Shown in pieces: positions 7,742-16,647 of a stretch of 64,000 nucleotides of DNA. How positions within the stretch are numbered: the stretch's first letter is position 1; each line of letters begins with the position of its first letter. The notes beneath the pieces are model-generated. The model did no database searches. It was not told the origin of the DNA and worked only from the letters and a program-made list of their open reading frames with translations. Both the position numbers and the translations under genes were made by a program. The DNA lies in the IMG/VR virus record IMGVR_UViG_3300030108_004854, positions 9,065-73,064 of that record, one strand, 5' to 3'. The DNA is from a virus.

Positions 7742-9574
7742 ATGAAATTCCAACTGCCTGACCAGATTCAGATGGAGGTCATGAGCTATGACCAGACACG
7801 TAAGCGTCTAGCCAAACAACAACGTGACGAAGAAGCAAGGCGTGGCAATATCAATAGAACCAAAGCTGCTAAATATCCCAAAGGTAATGTCATCTCACTA
7901 GGTCTAATCCCTGATGACATTGTTAGTACCAGAGAAATGCAAGAAGCCATTGACTTTATCAATGGCACCACAATAAAGAATACAATCAGTCGATTTAGTT
8001 ACATGGAAGATCCACCAGCTGGACAAACTCGTTTGCATGCTGTGTTGTATTGGACAAAACAATATTGGGTCGCAGCATGGATGCCTAAGCGCAAAGATGA
8101 TGGCTACTTGTATGGCATATCAGTTGCATTTAAAGATACAGAAACAGCAAGGAAACAAATGCAGACTAATGAAAGATTATTTGTTAATCGTAAAAGCGGA
8201 AGTAAATCATTGATAGATGATCCTGACTTGCAAATGAGTAAGCGTAAGATTGGTCGAACCAACTGGCTAGTTACAACACAGTTCATTACCCAAGAAGAGA
8301 TTGAAGCTGGCTATACAACGAATTACATACGTGAAGTTGATATGAATCACACAATAGAAAGATACAAAGAGCGTACACAACTACATTCAGAAGCAATCAT
8401 GGAGCTATGGCGTAACATCATGGCTGGTGTACCTCAATGGGATCACATTAGGTACAACAATAATGATTTTATACGGATGACAAAGCTAGGTAACAGTATT
8501 AAATATGTTGTTAATGATTGTCATATTCCATGTATGACACATGAAACCATGTGTAAATTTGAACATACTAATGAGTTCTATCACAAAGTATTCAGTGAAT
8601 ATGGAGAATATGACTGCATTGCACCAGAGTTCTTTAACTCACCGTGGTTCCGTAGAAAAGTTAACAAAATGGTTAGTGATATGTCAGTGGCATTTGAGAT
8701 GGCTGATCCAATCAAAGCATCGATGAAACCTATCGTTGCACCATTATCCGATATGCATCATTACTTACAAGGAGTTAATGAAATGTATAAAGCTTATCCG
8801 TTCTGTGACATTAACCATTTAATTGCTAACGAACACCTACTTGAACGTGTTAAGTTTCATATGCCTACTTTAAATATCAGCGAATACGCGCATCGATATC
8901 TAACAGAAAATGTGCCGCCAGAACGGTTTATTAATATGCTGAAGCAACATCATGATTATTTGATTGCAGAAAGAGCCAAACAAAATCAAGATTCATATAA
9001 TCATCACTACGATGAAGACGACATTAGTGGTAACCCACGGATGTATTGGAGACATTGGGCTGACTCAATGAATATGCTTAATCAAGTGTTAAGACACAAT
9101 GAAAGAACACCAGAAAATATATTACCTACTGAACCAAAACGTTATCGCATTAATGAATGGCATGACTTACTAATGAGTCAGACCTGGAAGCTTCGTAACC
9201 CTAATGAAAAACTTCCACAGAAACTATTCCCTCAACCAGTCAAAGCTGAAAGTGACATGGGCACTTTCACATTCTTCCAGCCCATTGACACGCATCAGGT
9301 GGCTGAGTGGGGACAGGCTATGCGGAACTGCGTTGGTAGTGGTAGCTATGCAGAAGGTGTCAGAAAATTCAGGCACATTATTCTGCTAGCGATGGTTGAT
9401 AACAAGCCACGATTTACCATGCAACTTACGGTTGATAACGGAGAGATCAATATTGATCAATGCACAACGCTACGCAATGGTGGTCAGGATTACAAACTGA
9501 CAGCAGATGAAAACACTTGTCTCAAGACAGCGTTCGCTAAAGCGTTGCAGTTCAGAGAGATTCAGCTACGCTGA
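7742..9574 (+). CDS. PcfJ-like domain protein
   Basis: C-terminal WHDLL...VAEWGQAMRNCVGSGSY...RFTMQL pattern typical of PcfJ domains. Confidence 0.75.
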   Translation: MKFQLPDQIQMEVMSYDQTRKRLAKQQRDEEARRGNINRTKAAKYPKGNVISLGLIPDDIVSTREMQEAIDFINGTTIKNTISRFSYMEDPPAGQTRLHAVLYWTKQYWVAAWMPKRKDDGYLYGISVAFKDTETARKQMQTNERLFVNRKSGSKSLIDDPDLQMSKRKIGRTNWLVTTQFITQEEIEAGYTTNYIREVDMNHTIERYKERTQLHSEAIMELWRNIMAGVPQWDHIRYNNNDFIRMTKLGNSIKYVVNDCHIPCMTHETMCKFEHTNEFYHKVFSEYGEYDCIAPEFFNSPWFRRKVNKMVSDMSVAFEMADPIKASMKPIVAPLSDMHHYLQGVNEMYKAYPFCDINHLIANEHLLERVKFHMPTLNISEYAHRYLTENVPPERFINMLKQHHDYLIAERAKQNQDSYNHHYDEDDISGNPRMYWRHWADSMNMLNQVLRHNERTPENILPTEPKRYRINEWHDLLMSQTWKLRNPNEKLPQKLFPQPVKAESDMGTFTFFQPIDTHQVAEWGQAMRNCVGSGSYAEGVRKFRHIILLAMVDNKPRFTMQLTVDNGEINIDQCTTLRNGGQDYKLTADENTCLKTAFAKALQFREIQLR

Positions 9575-9575
9575 C

Positions 9576-9631
9576 TGAGATTTAGGCAGCCGAGTAACAA
9601 TGTTGTTGCGTCAGGCGTAAGCCCTATCTCA
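9576..9631 (+). ncRNA. conserved stem/internal-loop RNA motif, copy 4 (extended), directly 5' of the tRNA
   Basis: TGAGA..TAGG-CA-GCC..GTAACAA-TG-TTGTTGC..GGC-GTAAG-C-CCTA-TCTCA. Confidence 0.6.
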
Positions 9632-9633
9632 TT

Positions 9634-9721
9634 GGGAGTGTGGCGGAATTGGTAGACGCATCGGACTTAAAATCCGTGGACTGTTATGGTCATGCGAGTT
9701 CAAGTCTCGCCACTCCTACCA
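9634..9721 (+). tRNA. trnL: tRNA-Leu(UAA), CCA encoded
   Basis: Acceptor GGGAGTG/CACTCCT, D-arm GCGGAATTGGTAGACGC, anticodon loop CT-TAA-AA, long variable arm, T-arm GCGAG-TTCAAGT-CTCGC. Confidence 0.95.
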
Positions 9722-9741
9722 ATCATTTATTACACAACACT

Positions 9742-9918
9742 ATGGCAATCATTACTAAGAAAAGTAAAGCATCTAATGCGAAAAGCAACAACCATGAAAA
9801 CCGCAGAGAGTTTGGAGGCTTAAGCCCCCGTCTCATGAGAAGACTTAGGTCTCGTCAAGCAGCTAAGGCAAAGAGGGTGTCCTCTCACAGTGATCAGGCT
9901 GCAAGAGGATTCGCTTAA
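9742..9918 (+). CDS. small basic hypothetical protein
   Basis: ATG downstream of the tRNA; K/R-rich, ends RGFA. Confidence 0.6.
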   Translation: MAIITKKSKASNAKSNNHENRREFGGLSPRLMRRLRSRQAAKAKRVSSHSDQAARGFA

Positions 9919-10040
9919 CCAGCACCAGGAAACTACAAAAACTGATGCTCCCTCAGGACTGACGTAGTTCTTCTGCGTCCCAACACATTCTAAATACATT
10001 TGTCTATGCATTGTAAACTCAGCCCGTCGATTTATTTTCC

Positions 10041-10277
10041 ATGACAAAACCAGGGCCGAGAGCGACGGCACCTCGTTTCAAAGTTGGTGATCGTGTATTA
10101 CACAAATCCAACCCAATGAATAACGTTGCACGTTGCAGAGCTGGGGTAGTAACCCAAGTGATGTACAAAAAAAACAGCAGAGGACACAAACAACCCTTTG
10201 TTGAAATTAAATTCGATCACTCACAGCGACCAGAAATCTTTATGTCTATTCGTGTTATGCACGAAACAAAAGATTGA
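10041..10277 (+). CDS. SH3/KOW-like small protein
   Basis: FKVGDRV...GVVT...VEIKFD beta-barrel pattern. Confidence 0.65.
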   Translation: MTKPGPRATAPRFKVGDRVLHKSNPMNNVARCRAGVVTQVMYKKNSRGHKQPFVEIKFDHSQRPEIFMSIRVMHETKD

Positions 10278-10597
10278 TGGCTTACGTACACATCAATCAT
10301 GTTAAAGAACATGAAGAAATTCTTGTTGGCCCACGTGGTGGTGTTTATGTCATCCGTAAAGGCAGACAAGTAACTGTTACAGACAAACCAATTACACGCG
10401 ATAAGCATTACAAACCCAAACGTGGTGCTTACAATCGTTTCACTCAACATCAAATGAATGCAATCACAGGTTCAACTGAAATGGGTAACACCACAAGCAG
10501 AAAACGAAATCGTAGAGATGGCCAGAGTGTCAGCTCCAAAAAACGCAAAGAACATGGAGACAGGTCCAAAGCTTTTACGTTATCTCATCAAACATAA
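10277..10597 (+). CDS. hypothetical protein
   Basis: GPRGGVYVI motif; C-terminus overlaps thyX. Confidence 0.6.
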   Translation: MAYVHINHVKEHEEILVGPRGGVYVIRKGRQVTVTDKPITRDKHYKPKRGAYNRFTQHQMNAITGSTEMGNTTSRKRNRRDGQSVSSKKRKEHGDRSKAFTLSHQT

Positions 10598-11123
10598 GCA
10601 CTGGTCGCCATTTGAAATGGCTAACATGTGCGTTACAATATCAACTTCAAGGGGAATTGCACCACAGATACTGAGGCATCGCAGCTTCACGTTCCAGGAA
10701 TTCTCTTTGAGATACGCCAATACAAATCAAATTGGTCGTGTTGAAACGCCTGAGTTACGCGCTCAAGATTTTAAAAACAGGCAAAACTCCACTCCTGATC
10801 TTAAAAATAAGTTGGGTGTTGAAAGATACGCTGCATTACAGCGTCTTGTTTCTATTCATATGGAAGATGCTGAGCATCTATACCAAGAACTGTTGAGTGC
10901 TGGTGTTGCAAAAGAGTCTGCACGTTTTGTGTTACCTCTGGCTGCACCAAGCAAACTTCATATGAATGGAACACTCAGGTCATGGGTGCATTACATCGAT
11001 CTGCGTACTGACAATGGTACGCAAAAAGAACACAAAGAGATTGCAGAGCAATGCAAAGCAATCTTCCAACAACAATTTCCTATTATTTCTGAAGCATTAT
11101 GGCCAGACCAACAGTCCAATTAG
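10458..11123 (+). CDS. thyX: FAD-dependent thymidylate synthase
   Basis: HWSPFE, QILRHRSFTFQEFSLRY ThyX motif, ESARFVLP, LRTDNGTQKEH. Confidence 0.95.
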   Translation: MQSQVQLKWVTPQAENEIVEMARVSAPKNAKNMETGPKLLRYLIKHKHWSPFEMANMCVTISTSRGIAPQILRHRSFTFQEFSLRYANTNQIGRVETPELRAQDFKNRQNSTPDLKNKLGVERYAALQRLVSIHMEDAEHLYQELLSAGVAKESARFVLPLAAPSKLHMNGTLRSWVHYIDLRTDNGTQKEHKEIAEQCKAIFQQQFPIISEALWPDQQSN

Positions 11124-11434
11124 TTTGTTCCTGTTGTGGAACAATGTTTAAACGTGAATCAAGACGCGAACAGTATCGTGTTATGCACAGACATGCAGGT
11201 CCTTATTGCAGTAGAAGCTGTGCTTCTAAAAGCAAAAGAACTTATGATCGTGTTGCCGGTAGAGAACATCCAAACTCTATTCTTACTGAGAATGATGTTA
11301 GAAGGATACGCAGGCAACTTAAATATGGTGTGCCAGTTAAGAACATCATGATTCTTACTGGTATGTCTGAGAATTGTATTCGTTCAATTCAATACAGAAA
11401 AACTTGGAAGCACGTAAAAGATTATGCAGCTTGA
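11099..11434 (+). CDS. zinc-ribbon/HTH DNA-binding protein (homing-endonuclease-associated type)
   Basis: CSCC...YCSRSC plus GREHPNSILTENDVRRIR...KTWKHV. Confidence 0.7.
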   Translation: MARPTVQLVCSCCGTMFKRESRREQYRVMHRHAGPYCSRSCASKSKRTYDRVAGREHPNSILTENDVRRIRRQLKYGVPVKNIMILTGMSENCIRSIQYRKTWKHVKDYAA

Positions 11435-11606
11435 AGATGCACTTGATCTGATCTACAAAGGTCAAACCAACGTAGCTGTCATGGCAAAAAAAGTAGGCGT
11501 CTCATTAGATGAAATGAAACGCCTGTTTGGTTATTACGTTAGTCAGCGACCTATTGATCCAGATGTATGGCAAGCTGATGTAAAACCAAGCTGGCCCTGG
11601 GCTTAA
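11424..11606 (+). CDS. small HTH-like protein
   Basis: VAVMAKKVGVSLDEMKRL. Confidence 0.6.
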   Translation: MQLEDALDLIYKGQTNVAVMAKKVGVSLDEMKRLFGYYVSQRPIDPDVWQADVKPSWPWA

Positions 11607-11759
11607 TTACTTAAGCCGTTTACGATCTAATTTGGCTTGGAACTTTTCACGTTCCTGTTTAATTTCATCCCTTGATACCCAAACCGAATGGATTGAATTC
11701 AATGTCGGGCTGGTACGTTCGTACTTAACGCCTCGATAAGTCAGTGTCTTGGTAGACAT
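11607..11759 (-). CDS. DUF4278 family small protein (50 aa)
   Basis: Manual translation MSTKTLTYRGVKYERTSP...; LTYRGVKY signature; GGAGG SD. Confidence 0.85.
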   Translation of the reverse strand: MSTKTLTYRGVKYERTSPTLNSIHSVWVSRDEIKQEREKFQAKLDRKRLK

Positions 11760-11775
11760 GATGTCCTCCGCTAAA

Positions 11776-11826
11776 ACCTAGACCCCGTTCCCTGTCTAGT
11801 GAATTGCGCCCCAGTGGGGTGAACGT
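11776..11826 (-). ncRNA. glutamine-II (Downstream-peptide) riboswitch
   Basis: CGUUC-A-CCCC-ACU-GGGG-CGCA...CUAGAC..GAACG-GG-GUCUAG: P1, P2 and pseudoknot, directly upstream of DUF4278. Confidence 0.85.
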
Positions 11827-11882
11827 ACTTGTATTTTATCACTCATCTTAGAATGAACAAAGCACCTGTTTCAAAGATCACA

Positions 11883-14042
11883 ATGTCAATAGAAAGAGAT
11901 CCGTACACTGGTGAAATAACTTATTACAATGACGCTACTGGAGCTGAAATAACTGAAGCTGAGCATAACTTAGAGCGAGACCGCCAGGCACGTTCAGCAG
12001 GTTATGAATCATTTTATGATTACGTACGTCAGGTGCAAAGAGATATGGAGGAAGAAGCATCGGCATTCATGGAAGACGGTATACCAGATACACTGGATGC
12101 ACAGGATTTTGAAAGAGCTGCTCTTGATCAACAACAACTACAACAACAAGCAGATTTTATAGATCGGCTTGGTCTTAATGATCCACCCCGTGTAAATATG
12201 CAGGAGTTAACTCCTGATAACGTATACGAAATGCGTCAGCTTGGTTTTAATAGTGCACAAGTTTCAGATGCTATTGAACGAAGAAGCAGACAATTAGATG
12301 AAGCAGGTGTATCAGCTGAGGAAAGAAACTATAGAGCAAGAGGTTACGTCGGCAATGACAGATATTTATCTGGAACAGGTGAAGGTCAAACCCTACGGTT
12401 TCTTGATCCTGAAATGCAAGCACGTTTTGAAGCAGATGTAGCAGCCGAAGAACAACGAATAAGACAAGAAAATAAACCTATCAATCGAGCACGTAGAACC
12501 TTAGCTGGAGTCAGAAATAATGTTATAGATTTTCCACGGCAAACTGGCCTTTTACTTAATCAAGTTACTGATCGCATTGATGATAACATCACTCAAGTTG
12601 TTAGAGGCTATAGAAACATTCTTGATTTAGATCGTCCTGTTTATGATCCAAAATACCTTCCTGAAGGTGCTAACCCTGACTTTAATTACTACACACAACT
12701 ACTAGAAGATTCACGTATAGGTTATTCACCTAGCAATAAAATTAGAACTAATTTAATGTTACAACCTGATGGGCGTGGATATGATTTTAGCTTTCAAGGT
12801 CCAGAAGGTTTTGCAGATTCAAAGAAATTAAAAATTCAAAATCAAAGAACAGAAGACCTTATTGCAGGCAAGAAACAATATATAGCAGACTTGTATCGCA
12901 ATAATGAAAAGGCTACTCATTCTATGACTCCTTTTAAAGATAGAATTGATCAAGAAAACCGAAAGATTAGAGATTATAGATATCGTATTAATTACAATAA
13001 GGATAAAATTAATACGATGAAATCACCTACCTATCAACCCACTTTGGGTTACATGATAGGAACAGAACTAGATAAAGTAAAACCTGGAGAATACTTTAGT
13101 CAAAATCCTATAGGTGGACCAGGAGGTCAAAGAGATAAATTGTATAGCAGAATGAGCAAAGGAGTATTGAAAGCTCAACCTTTTGGTTATGCAAAAGTAC
13201 AACGTATAAATCCAACCACTTGGTTGCGTGATGATGTACCAATGGAATGGGACCCAGGAACTTTAAAAGACCCTGCAATACGAAAAGCATTTGGTGTACC
13301 CAAAGAAACCGATGTATCTATCTACCGTGATAGAACAATGTTTGAGCAACCTATTTATCAAAAAGGCGGACCTCTTTCTTCAGGAAAAACAGCAGTCGCT
13401 CTTGGTTCGCATGAGTTTAGACTGCCACGTGCTCTTAGTAATGCAACATTAGGTGGCCTGTATGAATCTATACCATCTGCAGAAGTTATTAAAGCAACTG
13501 GTGAAGAAGGCATAGGTGCTGGTATTAAAACATATGCAAGTGAAATTATGGAAGGATTGCCTTACATGGCAGGTTTAGCTGGTGCTACTTATGTAGTTCC
13601 TGCATTAGCAAGTGTTGCACCACCAGTTCTTGGTGGACTGGGCGTGTATGAAGCTGGTCGTTCTGTCAATGAATTAAGTAGACAAACAACAGGTGAAACT
13701 GCATTATCTAAACTTCAGCAAACAGCAGGCAAGGTAGCGCCAGGTGTCTTAGGTAAACCATCAACTGGTTCTGCTTATAGATATAACGAAGATGCTAGAG
13801 CAAAAGAAGAAAGGTTAAGAAAAATTGCAAGTGGTGAACTTGTTGAGCCAATCCCACAATTAAATGCTTATACCCCCTTACCAATTTCAATGGTTACTAG
13901 ACCTCAACAAGAACTAGATGCTTATAGAGATCAACAGCCAACTGCATCTAACCCATTGGTTCAACGCATCCAACTTGCAGGTAAAAGATTCAATCCAGCT
14001 AGAGGTGAGTTTGGTTTAACTGAATTGTTTTTTGGACAATAA
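11883..14042 (+). CDS. large hypothetical protein, possibly internal virion protein
   Basis: 719 aa; TAGAAT at 11849; Gly/Ala-rich hydrophobic segment near the C-terminus. Confidence 0.75.
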   Translation: MSIERDPYTGEITYYNDATGAEITEAEHNLERDRQARSAGYESFYDYVRQVQRDMEEEASAFMEDGIPDTLDAQDFERAALDQQQLQQQADFIDRLGLNDPPRVNMQELTPDNVYEMRQLGFNSAQVSDAIERRSRQLDEAGVSAEERNYRARGYVGNDRYLSGTGEGQTLRFLDPEMQARFEADVAAEEQRIRQENKPINRARRTLAGVRNNVIDFPRQTGLLLNQVTDRIDDNITQVVRGYRNILDLDRPVYDPKYLPEGANPDFNYYTQLLEDSRIGYSPSNKIRTNLMLQPDGRGYDFSFQGPEGFADSKKLKIQNQRTEDLIAGKKQYIADLYRNNEKATHSMTPFKDRIDQENRKIRDYRYRINYNKDKINTMKSPTYQPTLGYMIGTELDKVKPGEYFSQNPIGGPGGQRDKLYSRMSKGVLKAQPFGYAKVQRINPTTWLRDDVPMEWDPGTLKDPAIRKAFGVPKETDVSIYRDRTMFEQPIYQKGGPLSSGKTAVALGSHEFRLPRALSNATLGGLYESIPSAEVIKATGEEGIGAGIKTYASEIMEGLPYMAGLAGATYVVPALASVAPPVLGGLGVYEAGRSVNELSRQTTGETALSKLQQTAGKVAPGVLGKPSTGSAYRYNEDARAKEERLRKIASGELVEPIPQLNAYTPLPISMVTRPQQELDAYRDQQPTASNPLVQRIQLAGKRFNPARGEFGLTELFFGQ

Positions 14043-14045
14043 AAG

Positions 14046-14072
14046 CTAGGCATCTTTATGTGTAAGTCCTAG
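14046..14072 (+). ncRNA. conserved stem/internal-loop RNA motif, copy 5
   Basis: CTAGG-CATCTTTATGT-GTAAG-T-CCTAG. Confidence 0.6.
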
Positions 14073-14091
14073 ACTACGCTTTATTTTATCC

Positions 14092-14517
14092 ATGCTTCCT
14101 GAAAATCAATTTCATTCCAATCAACCAATGCCGAAGCCTGCACCAGCAACTATTGATGTTGACAGGACTAAATACTATGACACTCAAGGTGTTGTAGACA
14201 GAACATTTATGAGTCGTTTTAGCATCATAAAAGCTGTAAAGAATGGTCGATTCCCTGCTCCAGAATTTAAAAAACAACGTCATTGCTTTTATTGCAAAAA
14301 GAAAGTAGATCAATGGATAGCAGATAATCCAAATTTTACTAACCTTCCTACACCAAGAACAACTACTACGCTTAATGTAACTTTTTCTGCAGCAGAATTA
14401 AAAATGATTAGTAATGCAGCTAAAGCATTGGGTTGTACAGTAGATTTTTTTGTTGCAGATGCAACACTCTGGAAAGCCCGTGGCGTAAAAAAACGATTAG
14501 AATATGAAAATAATTAA
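14092..14517 (+). CDS. AlpA-like HTH plus ribbon-helix-helix regulator
   Basis: SRFSIIKAVKNGRFPAP...VDQWI (AlpA); LNVTFSAAELKMISNAAKALGCTVDFFV (RHH). Confidence 0.7.
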   Translation: MLPENQFHSNQPMPKPAPATIDVDRTKYYDTQGVVDRTFMSRFSIIKAVKNGRFPAPEFKKQRHCFYCKKKVDQWIADNPNFTNLPTPRTTTTLNVTFSAAELKMISNAAKALGCTVDFFVADATLWKARGVKKRLEYENN

Positions 14518-14521
14518 GGGG

Positions 14522-14549
14522 TTGCAATAAATAATAAATACCGTAGTCT
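14522..14549 (+). promoter_or_regulatory. possible sigma70-type promoter of the replication operon
   Basis: TTGCAA-16 nt-TAGTCT. Confidence 0.35.
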
Positions 14550-14570
14550 TCTAAAAGATTCAACAAAACA

Positions 14571-14801
14571 TTGAGTTATTTAATTACTACGGTTATAAAT
14601 GGTATTCCCCATGCTATTTATCCAAATTCAAATGCTGGTAAGTTTGAACTAATACAGATAGTAAAAGACAGTGAGATTTCAAAAGCTTTCTGTTCTCCAA
14701 CTAAAACTGGTGCTGTTCAAATTCTTAATTGGATAAATAAAAATGACCAACAGCTTTCATTACAAGAACTCTCAGTTCAACCTGAAGCCAAATTCCTTTA
14801 A
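14571..14801 (+). CDS. hypothetical protein
   Basis: 76 aa, TTG start. Confidence 0.55.
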   Translation: MSYLITTVINGIPHAIYPNSNAGKFELIQIVKDSEISKAFCSPTKTGAVQILNWINKNDQQLSLQELSVQPEAKFL

Positions 14802-16602
14802 TGAAAACTATCTCGTTTTTGATATTGAAACAAACGGATTATACGATGAAGCAACAGAGTTATTTTGCGTGGCAATACACGATGTCGTACGAAACGAAAC
14901 TATTGGTTATGGGCCTGGGTCTATTGATAGGGCTATTGACAGGTTGGCTTCTGCTACTTGTCTTATCGGTCACAATATAATTTTTTATGATTTACCAGTA
15001 TTAAAAAAGTTACTAGACTTTAACACCACATCTCATGTCATTGACACACTCATCTGCACCAGGCTCATTTGGCCCAAAGAAAAATTACAAGAAGTCGATA
15101 CAGATCACTACCAAAATGTGCCACCTAAGCTCAGAGGGTCAGCCTCACTTAAGGCTTGGGGCTACAGACTTGGTAACTTCAAAGACAATTTTACCGATTT
15201 TTCTGCGTTCACCCCAGAAATGTTGGAGTACTGTAAACAAGATTGTAATGTCACAACCTCTTTATACCACCTCATCACCACTGACCCAATCAAAGCTTCG
15301 GCTCTTCGGCTGGAACATGATTTCGCTCAAGCAATTAATAAACAAATTAGATCAGGCTTTCCTTTTGATACTAATCAATGTTTTAATTTTGTGGATGAAC
15401 TTGAAGCTAGAAAAAAAATAGTTGAAACAGAACTTACTACTAAAGCATTTCCTCCAATTCAACATGAAGAAATCGTAACACCAAAAGCATCAAACAAAAC
15501 AAAAGGAATCATCAAGGGAGTGCCTTACACTAAAGTTACTGTTGAACATTTCAATCCTGCTTCACGACAACAAACAGTACGTCGTCTCCAAGATAAGTAC
15601 GGCTGGGTACCAGAGGCAACAACAGAGAAAGGAAATCCAATCTTAAATGATGATGTTCTTTCTCAACTTCCATACCCTGAAGCCAAGCTATTGGCTGAGT
15701 ATCAGCTGCTAAAGAAACGTCTAGGACAGATCAAAGATGGAGACAATGCATGGCTCAAACTTGTTGGTGACGATGGCAAAATGCACGGCGATCTTATTAC
15801 CAATGGTTGTATCACCGGTCGTGCTAGCCATCGAACTCCGAACATGGGGCAGATCCCAGCAGTTTATTCACCTTATGGTGATAGATGTCGTTCGTTATTT
15901 GGTCCCCCTCCTGGCCGCATTTTATTGGGTGCTGATGCTAAGGCATTGGAACTTCGCTGCTTGGCTGGTTACTTAGCACTATGGGACGGCGGCGAGTATG
16001 GCGAAGTTGTCACTGATGACAGCCAAGACATTCACACTTACAACCAACAACGATTCGGAGTTACTACACGTGACATTTCAAAACGACTACTCTACGCCGT
16101 ACTTTACGGAGCTGGCTTCATCAAAGCCGGTACAATCGTGGACCCAAAAGAAAAAAATCCCGACAAGCTTAAGCAGTTGGGAAGAGAAGCAATCATGGGT
16201 TTCATGGAAGGCGTCCCAGCGCTCCAAAAACTTAAAGCGACGCTCAAATCTAATCTTGAAAAGCGTGGGCACCTTATTGGTCTTGACCGTAGGCCTTTGT
16301 ACTGTCGCTCTGAATTCAAGGCCTTAAATGTATTGCTTCAATCTGCTGGCGCAATTATCATGAAACAAGTTGTGGTTAATCTGCATCAGCTAACAGCTAA
16401 CAGCCAATTAATATATGGATCTGATTGGGAACAACACGCCATGATTCATGATGAAGTTCAGTTGTCTGTGCAACCAGATTTAGTACAGACAATTAAACCT
16501 CTGGTATTGGAATCATTTTTAAAAGCAGGAACGTTCTATGATTTCAAGTGTCTCATTGAAGGAGACATTAAAACAGGAGCTAACTGGGCATTGACACATT
16601 GA
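14743..16602 (+). CDS. polA: family A DNA polymerase (T7 gp5-like) with 3'-5' exonuclease
   Basis: ExoI FDIETNGL, GHNIIFYD, YCKQD; motif A GADAKALELR, motif B RDISKRLLYAVLYG, motif C IHDEVQ. Confidence 0.97.
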   Translation: MTNSFHYKNSQFNLKPNSFNENYLVFDIETNGLYDEATELFCVAIHDVVRNETIGYGPGSIDRAIDRLASATCLIGHNIIFYDLPVLKKLLDFNTTSHVIDTLICTRLIWPKEKLQEVDTDHYQNVPPKLRGSASLKAWGYRLGNFKDNFTDFSAFTPEMLEYCKQDCNVTTSLYHLITTDPIKASALRLEHDFAQAINKQIRSGFPFDTNQCFNFVDELEARKKIVETELTTKAFPPIQHEEIVTPKASNKTKGIIKGVPYTKVTVEHFNPASRQQTVRRLQDKYGWVPEATTEKGNPILNDDVLSQLPYPEAKLLAEYQLLKKRLGQIKDGDNAWLKLVGDDGKMHGDLITNGCITGRASHRTPNMGQIPAVYSPYGDRCRSLFGPPPGRILLGADAKALELRCLAGYLALWDGGEYGEVVTDDSQDIHTYNQQRFGVTTRDISKRLLYAVLYGAGFIKAGTIVDPKEKNPDKLKQLGREAIMGFMEGVPALQKLKATLKSNLEKRGHLIGLDRRPLYCRSEFKALNVLLQSAGAIIMKQVVVNLHQLTANSQLIYGSDWEQHAMIHDEVQLSVQPDLVQTIKPLVLESFLKAGTFYDFKCLIEGDIKTGANWALTH

Positions 16603-16616
16603 CATGTAAGCCCCAG
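16584..16616 (+). ncRNA. conserved stem/internal-loop RNA motif, copy 6 (overlaps polA stop)
   Basis: CTGGG-CAT-TG...CA-T-GTAAG-C-CCCAG. Confidence 0.6.
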
Positions 16617-16647
16617 ATCCTACAATCACATCACACTATTAAAAACA

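Noticed and set aside
9640-9741. N-terminal part of ORF 9640-9918
   Set aside because: It is the tRNA-Leu sequence read as codons; the real start is likely 9742
9925-9985. Hammerhead-like fragments (GAAAC, CTGATG) and a GACGTAG/CTGCGTC hairpin
   Set aside because: Core reads CTGATGC rather than CTGANGA, and no GAAA follows the candidate stem II
14800-14830. Frameshift-dependent polA start at the TAATG junction
   Set aside because: An in-frame ATG at 14743 gives a continuous ORF, so no recoding is needed
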